Assembly: GCA_964552565.1 (NCBI GenBank) | Contig: CAZKGL010000002.1 | Span: 365-64,364 of the forward strand | Direction of reading: 5' to 3' | Source of the DNA: an uncultured Gammaproteobacteria bacterium | Lineage (GTDB): Bacteria > Patescibacteriota > Patescibacteriia > UBA9934 | Length of the DNA: 64,000 bases | Part shown: one piece after another, positions 15,969-25,679 of the stretch | Layout of the letters: every line of letters starts with the position of its first letter | Numbering within the stretch: position 1 is the stretch's first letter | Made by a program: the position numbers and the translations under genes | The notes under the pieces: model-generated | What the model was told of the DNA's origin: nothing | Database searches by the model: none | Seen by the model: the letters and a program-made list of their open reading frames with translations, nothing else

Positions 15969-16336
15969 AGGCAGATGAAATTACCGATGGGGTGTCTCGG
16001 CTTCGATATTTGCGTCAGGGCAAGGAACGGGGTGGCGGCGAGGAGCCGTACTGAGACGTACGGTGACGAAGCCGCCGGGAACCCGTGACACAGCCATGGC
16101 GTAAATAGCGAAGTCGAGATTAAAGCCAAAATCGCCTTGCATGGGTACAAGGCGGCCGACTACTCATCGTGCTCGTTGTGAACAGTTGCCGTGGCAGCGA
16201 GACGCTCGACTGCGACAGTCAACTGGTGGTGAGGGGACGACACCAGAAACGAGGCTAAGTATTGAACAATTTCCTCACCGTGTCCACGTCCAATGTACAC
16301 GGTTTCGGAGGCGGTCAGAGGGGGTCTGGCCGAGTG
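15969..16336 (-). promoter_or_regulatory. Long structured region in the predicted rpoB 5' leader
   Basis: Rod-like nested stems at 15996-16118 plus further hairpins between the promoter and the ATG. Confidence 0.5.
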
Positions 16337-16342
16337 GTCGCG

Positions 16343-16371
16343 AGTATAGCAGGGCGCCCCACGCCCGTCAA
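16343..16371 (-). promoter_or_regulatory. sigma70 promoter for rpoBC
   Basis: TTGACG-17 bp-TATACT. Confidence 0.75.
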
Positions 16372-16868
16372 ACCCCTCCCCTGTGGATGGTGAACACGGG
16401 AGTTGTTCAGGGAAAATGGGTGGACTCGGGTACCCCATCGCGCTCCGCAGCTGCGCTACGCCGCAACGGCGACACGTCGCCTGCGGCTGGGCGCCAGACG
16501 TCTCCGCGCTCCGGGGCACCACTCGTCCTGCGCGGGGACGGATTTCGGCTTCGAAACGGCGCCCGCTCGCTTGGCAACGGTCCGCTCGCGACCATCGATG
16601 AAAAAGAAAAAAAATTCCTCCCTCACAGCGCAGGATGAGCACACGATTACGAGAGGTCACGCCATTGGGTGTGAACGAAGGAGAGAGAATTCTTCGCGAA
16701 CCGTGTGTCCGCAAAGCGTTCAGGCAATGGTGTAACGAGATCGCGTCTCACCCCGCACTGCGAGGAAGGGATATGCCGCGACAGTACAGGAAAAACCCTC
16801 CCCTGGCAACCCCCAGACTCATAAAAAACCAAACCCCCGCCGTGTCCGACAGGGGCTTGTCTAAATCG

Positions 16869-17888
16869 CTACTTTGCCGCTGCCAAATCGACTTTCTGAG
16901 CAGCGTCCCAGGTTGCGGCACGGATTGTCTTGATGAGATCCGGGTGCTCCCTAAGGTACTGCTTCGCGACTTCGCGGCCGACGCCGAGCTTTTCTTCGCC
17001 GAACACGTAGCTGTTGCCGCGCTTTTCCACCGACCCGACCTCGGTGCCGAGGTCGAGGAGGTCGCCGGCGATCGAAATGCCCTCGTTATACATGATGTCG
17101 AACTCGCAGGTGCGGAACGGCGGCGCGACCTTGTTCTTCACGATCTTTGCCTTCACGCGGTTCCCGATGATCTTCTCACCCTGCTTGATTTGCGCGCTGC
17201 GGCGCACCTCGATGCGCAGCGATGCATAAAACTTCAGCGCGTTGCCGCCCGGAGTCGTCTCGGGGTTCCCGAACATGACGCCGATCTTCATGCGGATCTG
17301 GTTGATGAAAATGACCACGCACCCGCTTTTTGCGACGATACCAGTCAGCTTGCGCAGCGCCTGGCTCATGAGCCGCGCCTGGAGCCCCATGTGCGACTCC
17401 CCCATCTCGCCCTCGATCTCCGCTTTCGGCGTGAGCGCCGCGACCGAGTCGACGACAATGACATCCATCGCGCTCGAGCGGACGAGCGTTTCGACGATTT
17501 CGAGCGCCTGCTCCCCCGTGTCCGGCTGCGAAAGGAAGAGCTCGTCGATGTTCACGCCGATTTTCCTTGCGTAGTCCGGGTCCATGGCGTGCTCGGCGTC
17601 GATGTACGCCGCAATGCCGCCCATGCGCTGCACTTCGGCAACGATGTGCTGCGCGAGCGTCGTCTTACCGGACGATTCCGGTCCGTACACCTCGACGATG
17701 CGTCCGCGCGGCACGCCGCCGACCCCAAGCGCCAGGTCGAGCGACAGGCACCCCGTCGGGATGACGTCGACGTTCGTCTGCCGCGCCTCTCCCAACCGCA
17801 TGATGGACCCCTCGCCGAACCGCTGTTTAATTTGCGAAATTGCCTGCGTCGCCGCAGCCAATCGCGCGTTCCCTGCGTCTTTTGCCAT
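16869..17888 (-). CDS. recA: Recombinase A
   Basis: [31 protein letters not shown]; start MAKDAG. Confidence 0.99.
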   Translation of the reverse strand: MAKDAGNARLAAATQAISQIKQRFGEGSIMRLGEARQTNVDVIPTGCLSLDLALGVGGVPRGRIVEVYGPESSGKTTLAQHIVAEVQRMGGIAAYIDAEHAMDPDYARKIGVNIDELFLSQPDTGEQALEIVETLVRSSAMDVIVVDSVAALTPKAEIEGEMGESHMGLQARLMSQALRKLTGIVAKSGCVVIFINQIRMKIGVMFGNPETTPGGNALKFYASLRIEVRRSAQIKQGEKIIGNRVKAKIVKNKVAPPFRTCEFDIMYNEGISIAGDLLDLGTEVGSVEKRGNSYVFGEEKLGVGREVAKQYLREHPDLIKTIRAATWDAAQKVDLAAAK

Positions 17889-17963
17889 ACAAAAAGTTAG
17901 ATGCTGGAGAGAGAATAGGGAGTAACAAAAAGAGACCACCGGCCTCCTCTTGTATTCTACCAC

Positions 17964-18662
17964 TTAGTCCGCAATGCTGACTGAGGATATCTTTGGTTCA
18001 AAGACGACGCGGCGGTAAATCACTGCAGACCGCGAGTAGCGGCGCTTCGCTTCGACCGTAATAACGTTGAGCCCGCGCTCGAGGTCGATCGTCGTTTCAA
18101 ACGTATTGTCCGCATTCACGATGACCGCCTCGCCGTTGATCGCGAGCGTCGCTTCCCCCTTCACGACCTCCCCCCGCACGGCCAGGAGCGCGGAGTCCGT
18201 CGCCATGCCGTCTTCCGGGGCGTACAACACCACCTCCGGCGCGCGCACGAGGCCGGTGAACTGCCAGCCGAAATACGCCAATACCACAAGGGCAAAAAGG
18301 CCGAGAAGGCCCGCGGCGACCGCTCCGGGGAGGTTAAAGAGCGACGCCTTGCGCACGCGCTGGCGCGGCATGCGCGACGGGTCGAGCAAGTCGCACCGGC
18401 CGCATTCCTCTTCGTAGAGCTCGATGAAATACTTCTCGTCCGCATGAAGAGCGCGGGCGTAGGCTCGGATGAAGTTGCGGGTGTAGAGCGGCTCTGGGAG
18501 CTCCTCGTACCGTCCACGCTCGAGCGCCTCGAGATAGCGACGCTGGACGTGCGTTTCACGTTCAATATCGCCAAGCGTGACCGCTTGGCCGCGGCGCAAA
18601 GCCCGCAACTTTTCCCCCAACGTCTGCGGGACTCGATCCAATTTCCGCATGACGAACACCAT
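17964..18662 (-). CDS. RodZ-like HTH protein with TM helix and C-terminal Ig-like domain
   Basis: LGEKLRALR..YLEALERG..YTRNFIRAYA; TM; LERGLNVITVEA. Confidence 0.8.
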   Translation of the reverse strand: MVFVMRKLDRVPQTLGEKLRALRRGQAVTLGDIERETHVQRRYLEALERGRYEELPEPLYTRNFIRAYARALHADEKYFIELYEEECGRCDLLDPSRMPRQRVRKASLFNLPGAVAAGLLGLFALVVLAYFGWQFTGLVRAPEVVLYAPEDGMATDSALLAVRGEVVKGEATLAINGEAVIVNADNTFETTIDLERGLNVITVEAKRRYSRSAVIYRRVVFEPKISSVSIAD

Positions 18663-18664
18663 AG

Positions 18665-20959
18665 CTATCCTTTTGCCTTGAGGTCTTCTTCCGTCTCCAC
18701 GTCCTCCTCCTCGTCAAACCGCGCAGCTTCGTCTTCATCGTCCGGCAGGTCGGCGTCTTCCTCATCTTCGTCCATCGCCTCTTCCTCGTCCAGTTCGTCA
18801 TCGTCCTCAGGCGGCCGGGTATTGAACTGCGTCGGCTTCCGGCTGCCCTCCGGCGGCCACTCGGTCACGAGGATTTCGCGCGGCTTTGCGCCGTCCTGGG
18901 CGCCGATAATGCCCATCTGCTCCATGAGGTCGATAATGCGCGCGGCGCGGGAGTACCCGATCTTCATGCGGCGCTGCAGGAAGCTCGTCGAGGCCTTGCC
19001 GCTCTCAAGGACGATCTGGATGGCGTCCTCCATGAGGTCGTCGCTGTCCTCCGGGTTCATGGAGACCCCGCCGGACGAGGCGCCTTCCGTAATCTGGTAG
19101 TTGTAGTCCGGCGCGCTCTCGCCCTTCAGGAAGTCGACCACGCGCTCAATCTCCTTTTCGGACAAATACGCGCCCTGCAAACGCCGCGGTTTGCTGATCT
19201 CCGGAGTCGACATGAGCATGTCGCCGCGGCCGAGGAGCTTTTCCGCGCCCGAGATGTCGAGGATAGTCTTGCTGTCGACCTGCGAGGCGACCGCAAAGGC
19301 AAGGCGCGTCGGGATGTTCGCCTTGATGGTGCCGGTGATGACGTCGACCGACGGCCGCTGCGTCGCAAGGACGAGGTGGATGCCGGCGGCGCGGGCCATC
19401 TGCGCAATGCGCACGATGACCGCTTCGACATCGCGCTTGTTCTGGCTCATGAGGTCGGCGAGCTCGTCGATGATAACGATGATGCGCGGCATGCGCTCCT
19501 TCGCCTTCTGGTTGTACGAGTCGATGTCGCGGGCGCCGAACTTCGCCAGGTAATCGAGCCGGCGTTCCATTTCGCGCACCGCCCACTTGAGGGCGTTGAT
19601 CGCCTCGTCCGCCTTGGTGATCGGCGGCACAAGGAGGTGCGGAATGCCCCCGTAGACGCCGAGTTCGACGCGCTTCGGGTCGACCATGATGAGTTTGAGG
19701 TCGTCCGGACCGTTCTGGTAGAGGAGCGAAATGATGATGGTATTCAAACAGACCGACTTCCCGCTGCCCGTCGCGCCGGCGACAAGCATGTGCGGCGCCT
19801 TGTCGACGGAAAGGAGCTGCGTCCCGCCCGAAATGTCTTTGCCGATCGGCGCGGTAAAACTCGTCTTGCGGTGCTGGAACTCCTTCGACTCGAGGAGTTC
19901 GCGAAGGCAGACGCGACCGATGGTCTGGTTCGGGACCTCAATACCGACGAGGGACTTGCCCGGGATCGGCGCCTCGATGCGGATCGGGTGCGCGGCGAGC
20001 GCGAGCGCCAAGTCGTTCTGGAGGGCGACGATGCGGGCGAGTTTGACGCCCTGCGCCGGGCGGAGCGCGTACTGCGACACGGTCGGCCCTACTTTCACCT
20101 CGCTCATCTCGACCGGGATGTTGAACTGGCTGAACGTCTTCACGATGATCTCTTTGTTGCGCTCGATATCGCCTGCCTTTGCGTCCGAGCTTCGGTCGTC
20201 GAGCAGGTCGAACGGGATCTCAATCTTGCGGCGCAGCTTGCTCGTCATGACCTGTTCGGCCGGCGGGACGTACGGCGCTGCAGGCGCCGAGTCTTCTTCC
20301 TCCGGGGACGAATCGGACGCATCAGCCGAATCGGACGCCGCCGACGGCTCCTCTTCTTCGCGCGCCTGCCGTTCCTCGAACGTCTCCCCGTCCTCGACCG
20401 CTTCCTCATCTTCCTTACGACGCATCATGCCAAACAGTGCGAAGGCCGGGGCGAGCAGCGTGCGGAGCGAGGTATTGAGGAGCACGATGACCGACACAAG
20501 GAAGCACGCGCCGGCTAAAATGAGCGCAGCGATGAACCCCATGGATGCCACGAGGAGTGACGACACCAAGAGGCCGAGCCGGCCACCAAAGGCGCTCACG
20601 ACCGCGACGTCGGTGACGCCCGACGCGAAAAGCAGGTTCATGAGGCCGCAGAATGCGACGACAAAGATGCCGAGCGCGAGCATGTTGCGCCAGGTGAGGA
20701 ACCGGCGGTCGCCGATGACGACCGTGGCGCCGATGGCGAAAAAGAGGAGCGGCACGGCGATGCGCGCCAACCCGACGTTCGCAGCCAAGAACCCGTCCAC
20801 GGTGCGGCCGACCTGGCCCGCCATCCCGAAAAACGCCAACAAGAGGATCGCCCCCACGGCAATAAGCCCGATCGCCACAATGCTCTCGCGCACGTCGTCC
20901 CCCACCATCACCTCGTCCTCCTGGTACTTGGGCGCCCTGCGCTTCACCTTTTTGGCCAT
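18665..20959 (-). CDS. ftsK: DNA translocase FtsK/SpoIIIE
   Basis: N-terminal TMs, AGATGSGKS, IIDELAD, ATQRPS, gamma domain LQRRMKIGYSRAARIID. Confidence 0.97.
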   Translation of the reverse strand: MAKKVKRRAPKYQEDEVMVGDDVRESIVAIGLIAVGAILLLAFFGMAGQVGRTVDGFLAANVGLARIAVPLLFFAIGATVVIGDRRFLTWRNMLALGIFVVAFCGLMNLLFASGVTDVAVVSAFGGRLGLLVSSLLVASMGFIAALILAGACFLVSVIVLLNTSLRTLLAPAFALFGMMRRKEDEEAVEDGETFEERQAREEEEPSAASDSADASDSSPEEEDSAPAAPYVPPAEQVMTSKLRRKIEIPFDLLDDRSSDAKAGDIERNKEIIVKTFSQFNIPVEMSEVKVGPTVSQYALRPAQGVKLARIVALQNDLALALAAHPIRIEAPIPGKSLVGIEVPNQTIGRVCLRELLESKEFQHRKTSFTAPIGKDISGGTQLLSVDKAPHMLVAGATGSGKSVCLNTIIISLLYQNGPDDLKLIMVDPKRVELGVYGGIPHLLVPPITKADEAINALKWAVREMERRLDYLAKFGARDIDSYNQKAKERMPRIIVIIDELADLMSQNKRDVEAVIVRIAQMARAAGIHLVLATQRPSVDVITGTIKANIPTRLAFAVASQVDSKTILDISGAEKLLGRGDMLMSTPEISKPRRLQGAYLSEKEIERVVDFLKGESAPDYNYQITEGASSGGVSMNPEDSDDLMEDAIQIVLESGKASTSFLQRRMKIGYSRAARIIDLMEQMGIIGAQDGAKPREILVTEWPPEGSRKPTQFNTRPPEDDDELDEEEAMDEDEEDADLPDDEDEAARFDEEEDVETEEDLKAKG

Positions 20960-21059
20960 ATCAGTCCCTATTGTAGCAGATCGGCCGCCGTGTGAATAAA
21001 TGCTTGAACGATGCGGTTTTTCGGGGCAAACTGAAAGCTCACTTCCCCGGAGGACACCC

Positions 21060-21452
21060 ATGCAGGCCTTGGCCTCTCCCCGCACCGTCCACATGGCGAG
21101 CCGCCTCAAGGTGGGCGCCACGTTCATCGGCGACACCCGCGTCGGCGAGTACACCCACCACCGGTTCGGCCGTTCGCTGAACGCCCGCGACCCGCGCCGC
21201 CGTCTCCTCGCGCTCATCGCGTACGTCGACAAGGTCATGGCGGCGCAGCAGACGAAGACGCACGAGCCGGTCTTCCTCACGGTCGAGGACGCGTTCTGCC
21301 AGCCCTGTCCCCTCCTCACGGAGATCGTCGCCAAGTGGCGTCCGGAGTACACCGGCAAGATCTACGCCCGCAACCCGGAGGTCGTCGCCGAGCTCGAACG
21401 CTGGAGCGCGTTCCGCATCGAGATCGCGCCGAAGCCCTCCCGCCGCCGCTAG
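21060..21452 (+). CDS. Hypothetical protein, 130 aa (CxxC)
   Basis: GGAGGACACCC-ATG; promoter TTGAAC-17-CAAACT; double hairpin after the stop; strong G/C third-position bias. Confidence 0.75.
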   Translation: MQALASPRTVHMASRLKVGATFIGDTRVGEYTHHRFGRSLNARDPRRRLLALIAYVDKVMAAQQTKTHEPVFLTVEDAFCQPCPLLTEIVAKWRPEYTGKIYARNPEVVAELERWSAFRIEIAPKPSRRR

Positions 21453-21570
21453 GCAGCCCCTCCCCCTCCGCCCCACGCTCGAGCACCGGCTCGCGTGGGG
21501 CGACGTCGTCTACGGTGACTGGACGCCCGTCATGGCTGGTTTTGCTATACGATGTACCATATACCTCTGT

Positions 21571-21885
21571 ATGACCAAGAAAATCGCTGGCGGTGTGGTG
21601 CACAACGTGCCGACGGATTTGCGGAAAGCATTCATTGCCGATCCGGATGCATTGGCGAAATGGAACGACCTTACGCCGCTCGCGCGCAACGAGTGGATCT
21701 GTTGGACGATATCGGTCAAACATCCGGAAACGAGAGCGGAGCACATTGCGCGCGTATGCTCGGAGCTGAAGGAAGGAATGCGGCGGCCCTGCTGCTGGTA
21801 TGGCTGTGTGCATCGTACGGATAAGCCCATAAGCCCTTCGGTGCAACACGTGTTGATGAAGAAGCGAGCAAAACCGAGGCGGTAA
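21571..21885 (+). CDS. YdeI/OmpD-associated family protein
   Basis: VPTDLRKA..WNDLTPLARNEWICW..K..ETR..RRPCCW. Confidence 0.85.
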   Translation: MTKKIAGGVVHNVPTDLRKAFIADPDALAKWNDLTPLARNEWICWTISVKHPETRAEHIARVCSELKEGMRRPCCWYGCVHRTDKPISPSVQHVLMKKRAKPRR

Positions 21886-21899
21886 ATGGCAACCGCCCG

Positions 21900-22952
21900 C
21901 TACACGGAGTAGCGGGCGGCGTGGGCCGAGGTAATCTCGGCGAGGGTACGGCGGTCGACGAGTGAAAACTGGGCGCCCTCGGCATCCGGCCGCACGGCGT
22001 AGCCCCCGGGCGTCGTCGAGCCACGAATGCCCCAGATGTCCGTGAGCGGCGCGAGGTGGTCGCGCATCTCCGGCGTCTCTCGGCCGGTGATGACGACCTT
22101 GATCCGCCCCGGGGCGTAGGCACGGCCCATGATGCTCGTGATGGCGACCGCACGGATGAAGTCGTCATCGGTGCACCGCGCGTCCGTCGTCGCGCCCTTC
22201 GCGGGGTTGAGCCGCGGCACCGAAATGGTGACGAGCTCTGCCCCGAGGTCGAGCAGGATCCGGGCGTGCGCGGTGACGCAGGCGACCTCGAACCAGATGT
22301 CCGGGTTCGCGCCGAGGAGCGCACCGACCCCGACCTGCCGCCAGCCGGCTGTGAGCGCGGTCGTCGGCTGCGTCGCGCGCTCTTCCGGAGTCCCCTTGAA
22401 GCGCATGTCGTCCTCGGTGTGCATGACGCGGTAGCAGTCAGTGCCGTACGCCTCCTGGAACAGGACGTAACGGCAACCAGGACCGGCGACGTGCGCCAGA
22501 TGCTCGAGCTCGTGCCGCGCGAACGGCGACATCTCGAGGATCGGGCGCAAGCCCTGCTCACGCACTGCCGTGAGCCCGCGCGCCGCGAATTCGGCCTGGC
22601 GGCTCAGCGTGCCCCGCAGCGTAGACAGCGTGTCCCAGCGCGTGAGCGTGCCGCCGAGCACGTAGGCTGCCGTGCAGCCCATCAGCCAGATGGCCCCCGC
22701 CTCGCGGCCGAGATCGCGCTCGCTGAGCATGACGCGCGTCATGACGTTGCCCTTGCGGAACCCGCAGTACGCGCAGTTCGCGTGGCAGACGTTGTAGACG
22801 TAGAGCGGCGAGAACGCCTCGTGACAGCCTCCTGGCGGGCCGACAACGATCGCGCGCTCGAGCAGTGCTTCGCTGGAAAGAGCGGACAGGCTTCGGACAT
22901 CGTGAGCGATGCCCGCAGCCCTTTTGTGAATGGCTGCGAGCATCGTCGTCAT
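21900..22952 (-). CDS. Radical SAM enzyme, ThiH/HydG/NosL aromatic amino-acid lyase-like
   Basis: PLYVYNVCHANCAYCGF, FQEAY, GVGALLG, TISVPRL, TGRE, GSTTPGGY..QFSLVDRR. Confidence 0.85.
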   Translation of the reverse strand: MTTMLAAIHKRAAGIAHDVRSLSALSSEALLERAIVVGPPGGCHEAFSPLYVYNVCHANCAYCGFRKGNVMTRVMLSERDLGREAGAIWLMGCTAAYVLGGTLTRWDTLSTLRGTLSRQAEFAARGLTAVREQGLRPILEMSPFARHELEHLAHVAGPGCRYVLFQEAYGTDCYRVMHTEDDMRFKGTPEERATQPTTALTAGWRQVGVGALLGANPDIWFEVACVTAHARILLDLGAELVTISVPRLNPAKGATTDARCTDDDFIRAVAITSIMGRAYAPGRIKVVITGRETPEMRDHLAPLTDIWGIRGSTTPGGYAVRPDAEGAQFSLVDRRTLAEITSAHAARYSV

Positions 22953-22954
22953 GG

Positions 22955-23008
22955 CTACAGGTAACCCAGCTTGCGCAGGGCCTCGGTGAGCTTGTCGTTC
23001 TCGGACAT
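22955..23008 (-). CDS. 17-aa peptide MSENDKLTEALRKLGYL
   Basis: AAGGAGG 5 nt before the ATG; coding-like codons; stop 2 nt before the rSAM ATG. Confidence 0.68.
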   Translation of the reverse strand: MSENDKLTEALRKLGYL

Positions 23009-23143
23009 GGCTGCCTCCTTGCGGGTTCTCCGCACCATGAAGATAGCCAAAACGCGGCAACAAACGTCTGTTGTCAGTACATGGATGACCTCCAGAAACT
23101 CGCCCATCCATTGACAGACATAGCATTGTATGGTGTCATATTT

Positions 23144-23863
23144 ATGATGACTATGCTTGAAGGGCATCTTGCAAAACTTGGACTCCCCAAGAACACGACA
23201 AAGGTCTTCCAAGCGCTTCTCGGCATCGACGAAGCGCGCGCTTCGGACGTCATTAAAAAGACGGGACTGCATCGGCACCTCGTCTACGAAGCGCTACGCG
23301 ACCTTGAAGCACGGGGTCTCGTAAAAAAGCTTGTGCGCGACGACGTCGCACACTTCCGCGTCATGAGTGCCGATCCCCTGCTCGAAGAAGCCGAAGAGCG
23401 TTACGCTGCGGCAGCAGAAGTTGCGCGGGTGTTGCGACAGCGCAAGCCAAAAGCCGAAAGCTCGGTAACATTCTTTGAGGGCATCGAAGGCGTGCATGCC
23501 TTTACTGAGTTTGTACTGGCACAGGGCGCAGATCTTGATGTTCTTGGTGCAAACGCCCGCTTCCGGCAGTTCTACCCCGAAATCTTCGACCTCTGGAACG
23601 AACGTCGCCTCAAAAAGCGCATTCGGTTCCGCGTACTTGCCCCGAAAGAAGTACGCGACGAGCACCTGAGCGATGTCCCCGGCGTGACTATTCACCGTTA
23701 CGACGGCCGACTTTTCCCAGGTGTCGCCTGGATCTTTGGCGACTACCTCGCACACATCGTCTGGAAAACCCGCCAAAACACCGAAATTATCCTCCTCAAA
23801 CAAACCAACCTTGCCGAACAGCACCGAGAACTTTTCAATGCGCTCTGGGGGACGACGAGATAA
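23144..23863 (+). CDS. TrmB-family transcriptional regulator
   Basis: LGL..VFQALL..TGLHR..VYEALRDL..GLV winged HTH; FFEGIEGV linker; divergent from the peptide/rSAM pair. Confidence 0.85.
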   Translation: MMTMLEGHLAKLGLPKNTTKVFQALLGIDEARASDVIKKTGLHRHLVYEALRDLEARGLVKKLVRDDVAHFRVMSADPLLEEAEERYAAAAEVARVLRQRKPKAESSVTFFEGIEGVHAFTEFVLAQGADLDVLGANARFRQFYPEIFDLWNERRLKKRIRFRVLAPKEVRDEHLSDVPGVTIHRYDGRLFPGVAWIFGDYLAHIVWKTRQNTEIILLKQTNLAEQHRELFNALWGTTR

Positions 23864-23895
23864 CACAAAAGCAGCCGACAGGGCTGCTTTTGTGT
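23863..23895. terminator. Bidirectional terminator
   Basis: ACACAAAAGCAGCC-gacag-GGCTGCTTTTGTGT between convergent genes. Confidence 0.8.
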
Positions 23896-23906
23896 TTGTT
23901 TGTACG

Positions 23907-24473
23907 TTACTTCGCCACGCGCTCGACGTAGGCGCCGGTGTCGGTCGAAATGCGGACGGTATCACCCACGCCGACGAAGATCGGCACGCGGATCTTGAGG
24001 CCGTTGTCGCAGACCGCGTCCTTCTGGACGTTGCCCGAGGCGGTGTCGCCTTTCACGGCCGGCTCGGTGTCCGCGATCGTGTACTCGATCTTGAGCGGGA
24101 GCTCCATCGCGATCGCCTTGTCGCCGTGCATGATGACCGTCACGTCGAGGCCTTCCTTGAGGTACTGCGCGTCCTCCCCGACCGTGTCGCGGCCGAGTGA
24201 AACCTGCTCGTACGTCTGGCCGTCCATGAAGGTGAGCGTGTTCTCGTCGCCGAAGATGTACTGCATCTTCTTGAAGCCAACGTCCTCAAACGTCAGGGTT
24301 TCCGACGACTTGAAGTTGTTTTCCACCACCTTGCCGGTGCTGAGCGACTTGATGCGGGTGCGGACGAACGAACTGCCCTTGCCTGGGCTGACGCGTTGGA
24401 AGCCGACGACGACCCAGAGATCGTTTTCGTAGTTGATGACCGTACCCTTACGGATGTCATTCGGAGATGCCAT
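23907..24473 (-). CDS. efp: Elongation factor P
   Basis: VSPGKG loop, PAVKGDTA, VPIFV..G.YVER. Confidence 0.97.
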   Translation of the reverse strand: MASPNDIRKGTVINYENDLWVVVGFQRVSPGKGSSFVRTRIKSLSTGKVVENNFKSSETLTFEDVGFKKMQYIFGDENTLTFMDGQTYEQVSLGRDTVGEDAQYLKEGLDVTVIMHGDKAIAMELPLKIEYTIADTEPAVKGDTASGNVQKDAVCDNGLKIRVPIFVGVGDTVRISTDTGAYVERVAK

Positions 24474-25371
24474 AACCTTGCTGCGTAAAACGTTCCGACG
24501 GAGGGAACAAATGAATACTATCGATATCCTTGGCGGCGGCCTTCAGCATGACCAGCCGGTCGACGCCGAGCGCATTGCCAAAGGTGGGAGACGCGACGGA
24601 GGATAGCCGAGAAAGCAGCTCCTCGTCAATCGGGAAGACCTCCTTGCCCGCCGCCCGGCGCTCCTCCTGCTCCATGCGGAACCGGGCACGCTGTTCGTTG
24701 GCATCCACGAGCTCGGTGAAGCCGTTGCATAGCTCCATGCCGCCCACATAGGCCTCAAACCGCTGCGCCGACCGGCCGTCCGGCGATTTTTGCGCGAGCG
24801 CGGCCTGGTCGATCGGGAACTCGTTCACAAAGAACCGGTCGTACGTGACCATGAGGGATGGGAGGATATGCTGGTTGAACGTGTCTTCGTCCGTCGCGCC
24901 GCGCGCACCCTGCCATGCCGCGAGGAGGTCGACGTACGAGAACCGCGGCCACCGCTCCCCCCTCCCGCCAACAAATCCGTCGATGAGCGCCTCGGTTTCG
25001 TCCATGCACGCGTGGTAGTCGGCGCCCTGGCGGTACCACTCGAGCATCGTGAACTCGATGGAGTGGTCGCCGCCGAGCTCTTCGACGTTGCGGAAGACCG
25101 GCGTCACCGTGTAAATGCGCTCCATGCCGGCGCCAAGGAGCTTCTTCATGCTGTACTCGGGGCTCGTAATAAGCCCGGCGCGCACCTTCCCGCGGCGAAT
25201 GACGTTCAGGTCGATGCCGACCGGGTCGAGGTTCGGCTCCATGCCCGGAGATGCGACCGCGATCGGCGTGCGGACGTTCGTGTACCCGCGTTCCGCAAAG
25301 AACCGGTCGAGGTATGCGTACGTGTCGTTCCAGAGCTGTGCGCGCTGCTGCGCGTCTTCACGAGAAATCAT
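24457..25371 (-). CDS. epmA: EF-P lysine ligase (LysRS2 paralog)
   Basis: TSPEYSMKKLL, FRNVE..H..EFTMLEWY, RFE..ELCNGF.EL, ALGVDRL; overlaps efp. Confidence 0.92.
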   Translation of the reverse strand: MISREDAQQRAQLWNDTYAYLDRFFAERGYTNVRTPIAVASPGMEPNLDPVGIDLNVIRRGKVRAGLITSPEYSMKKLLGAGMERIYTVTPVFRNVEELGGDHSIEFTMLEWYRQGADYHACMDETEALIDGFVGGRGERWPRFSYVDLLAAWQGARGATDEDTFNQHILPSLMVTYDRFFVNEFPIDQAALAQKSPDGRSAQRFEAYVGGMELCNGFTELVDANEQRARFRMEQEERRAAGKEVFPIDEELLSRLSSVASPTFGNALGVDRLVMLKAAAKDIDSIHLFPPSERFTQQGYGISE

Positions 25372-25445
25372 AGCGAAAAATCAAGAATAAGCGTCATGAG
25401 ACGCCTATTCCTGGTGACGCGGATGTTTTCGCCACGTGTTGCATG

Positions 25446-25673
25446 TTACTCCTGGACAAACGGGAGCAATGCCATGATGCGCGAGCGCTTGATTTCGCCG
25501 GCGACTTCGCGCTGGTGGCTCGAGCAGAGGCCACTGCGCTTGCGCGGCACGATCTTCGCGAACGAAGAAAGGTAGCGGCGCAGCATGTCGGTGTTCTTGT
25601 AGTCGATGACGAGGTCCTTCTGCACGCAGAACGGGCAGTGGCGGACGCCGGTCTTTTGCTGTTGCTTTGCCAT
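25446..25673 (-). CDS. rpsR: 30S ribosomal protein S18
   Basis: IDYKN..L, KI.PR..G..HQR..IKR.R..ALLP. Confidence 0.96.
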   Translation of the reverse strand: MAKQQQKTGVRHCPFCVQKDLVIDYKNTDMLRRYLSSFAKIVPRKRSGLCSSHQREVAGEIKRSRIMALLPFVQE

Positions 25674-25679
25674 AAGGGT

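Noticed and set aside
16141-16735. ORFs of 165-184 aa in the recA-rpoB intergenic region
   Set aside because: No codon bias or motifs; they overlap a clear promoter and hairpins.
21900-22952. EpmB lysine aminomutase, given proximity to efp/epmA
   Set aside because: Motifs are ThiH/HydG-type and KamA-family signatures are absent.
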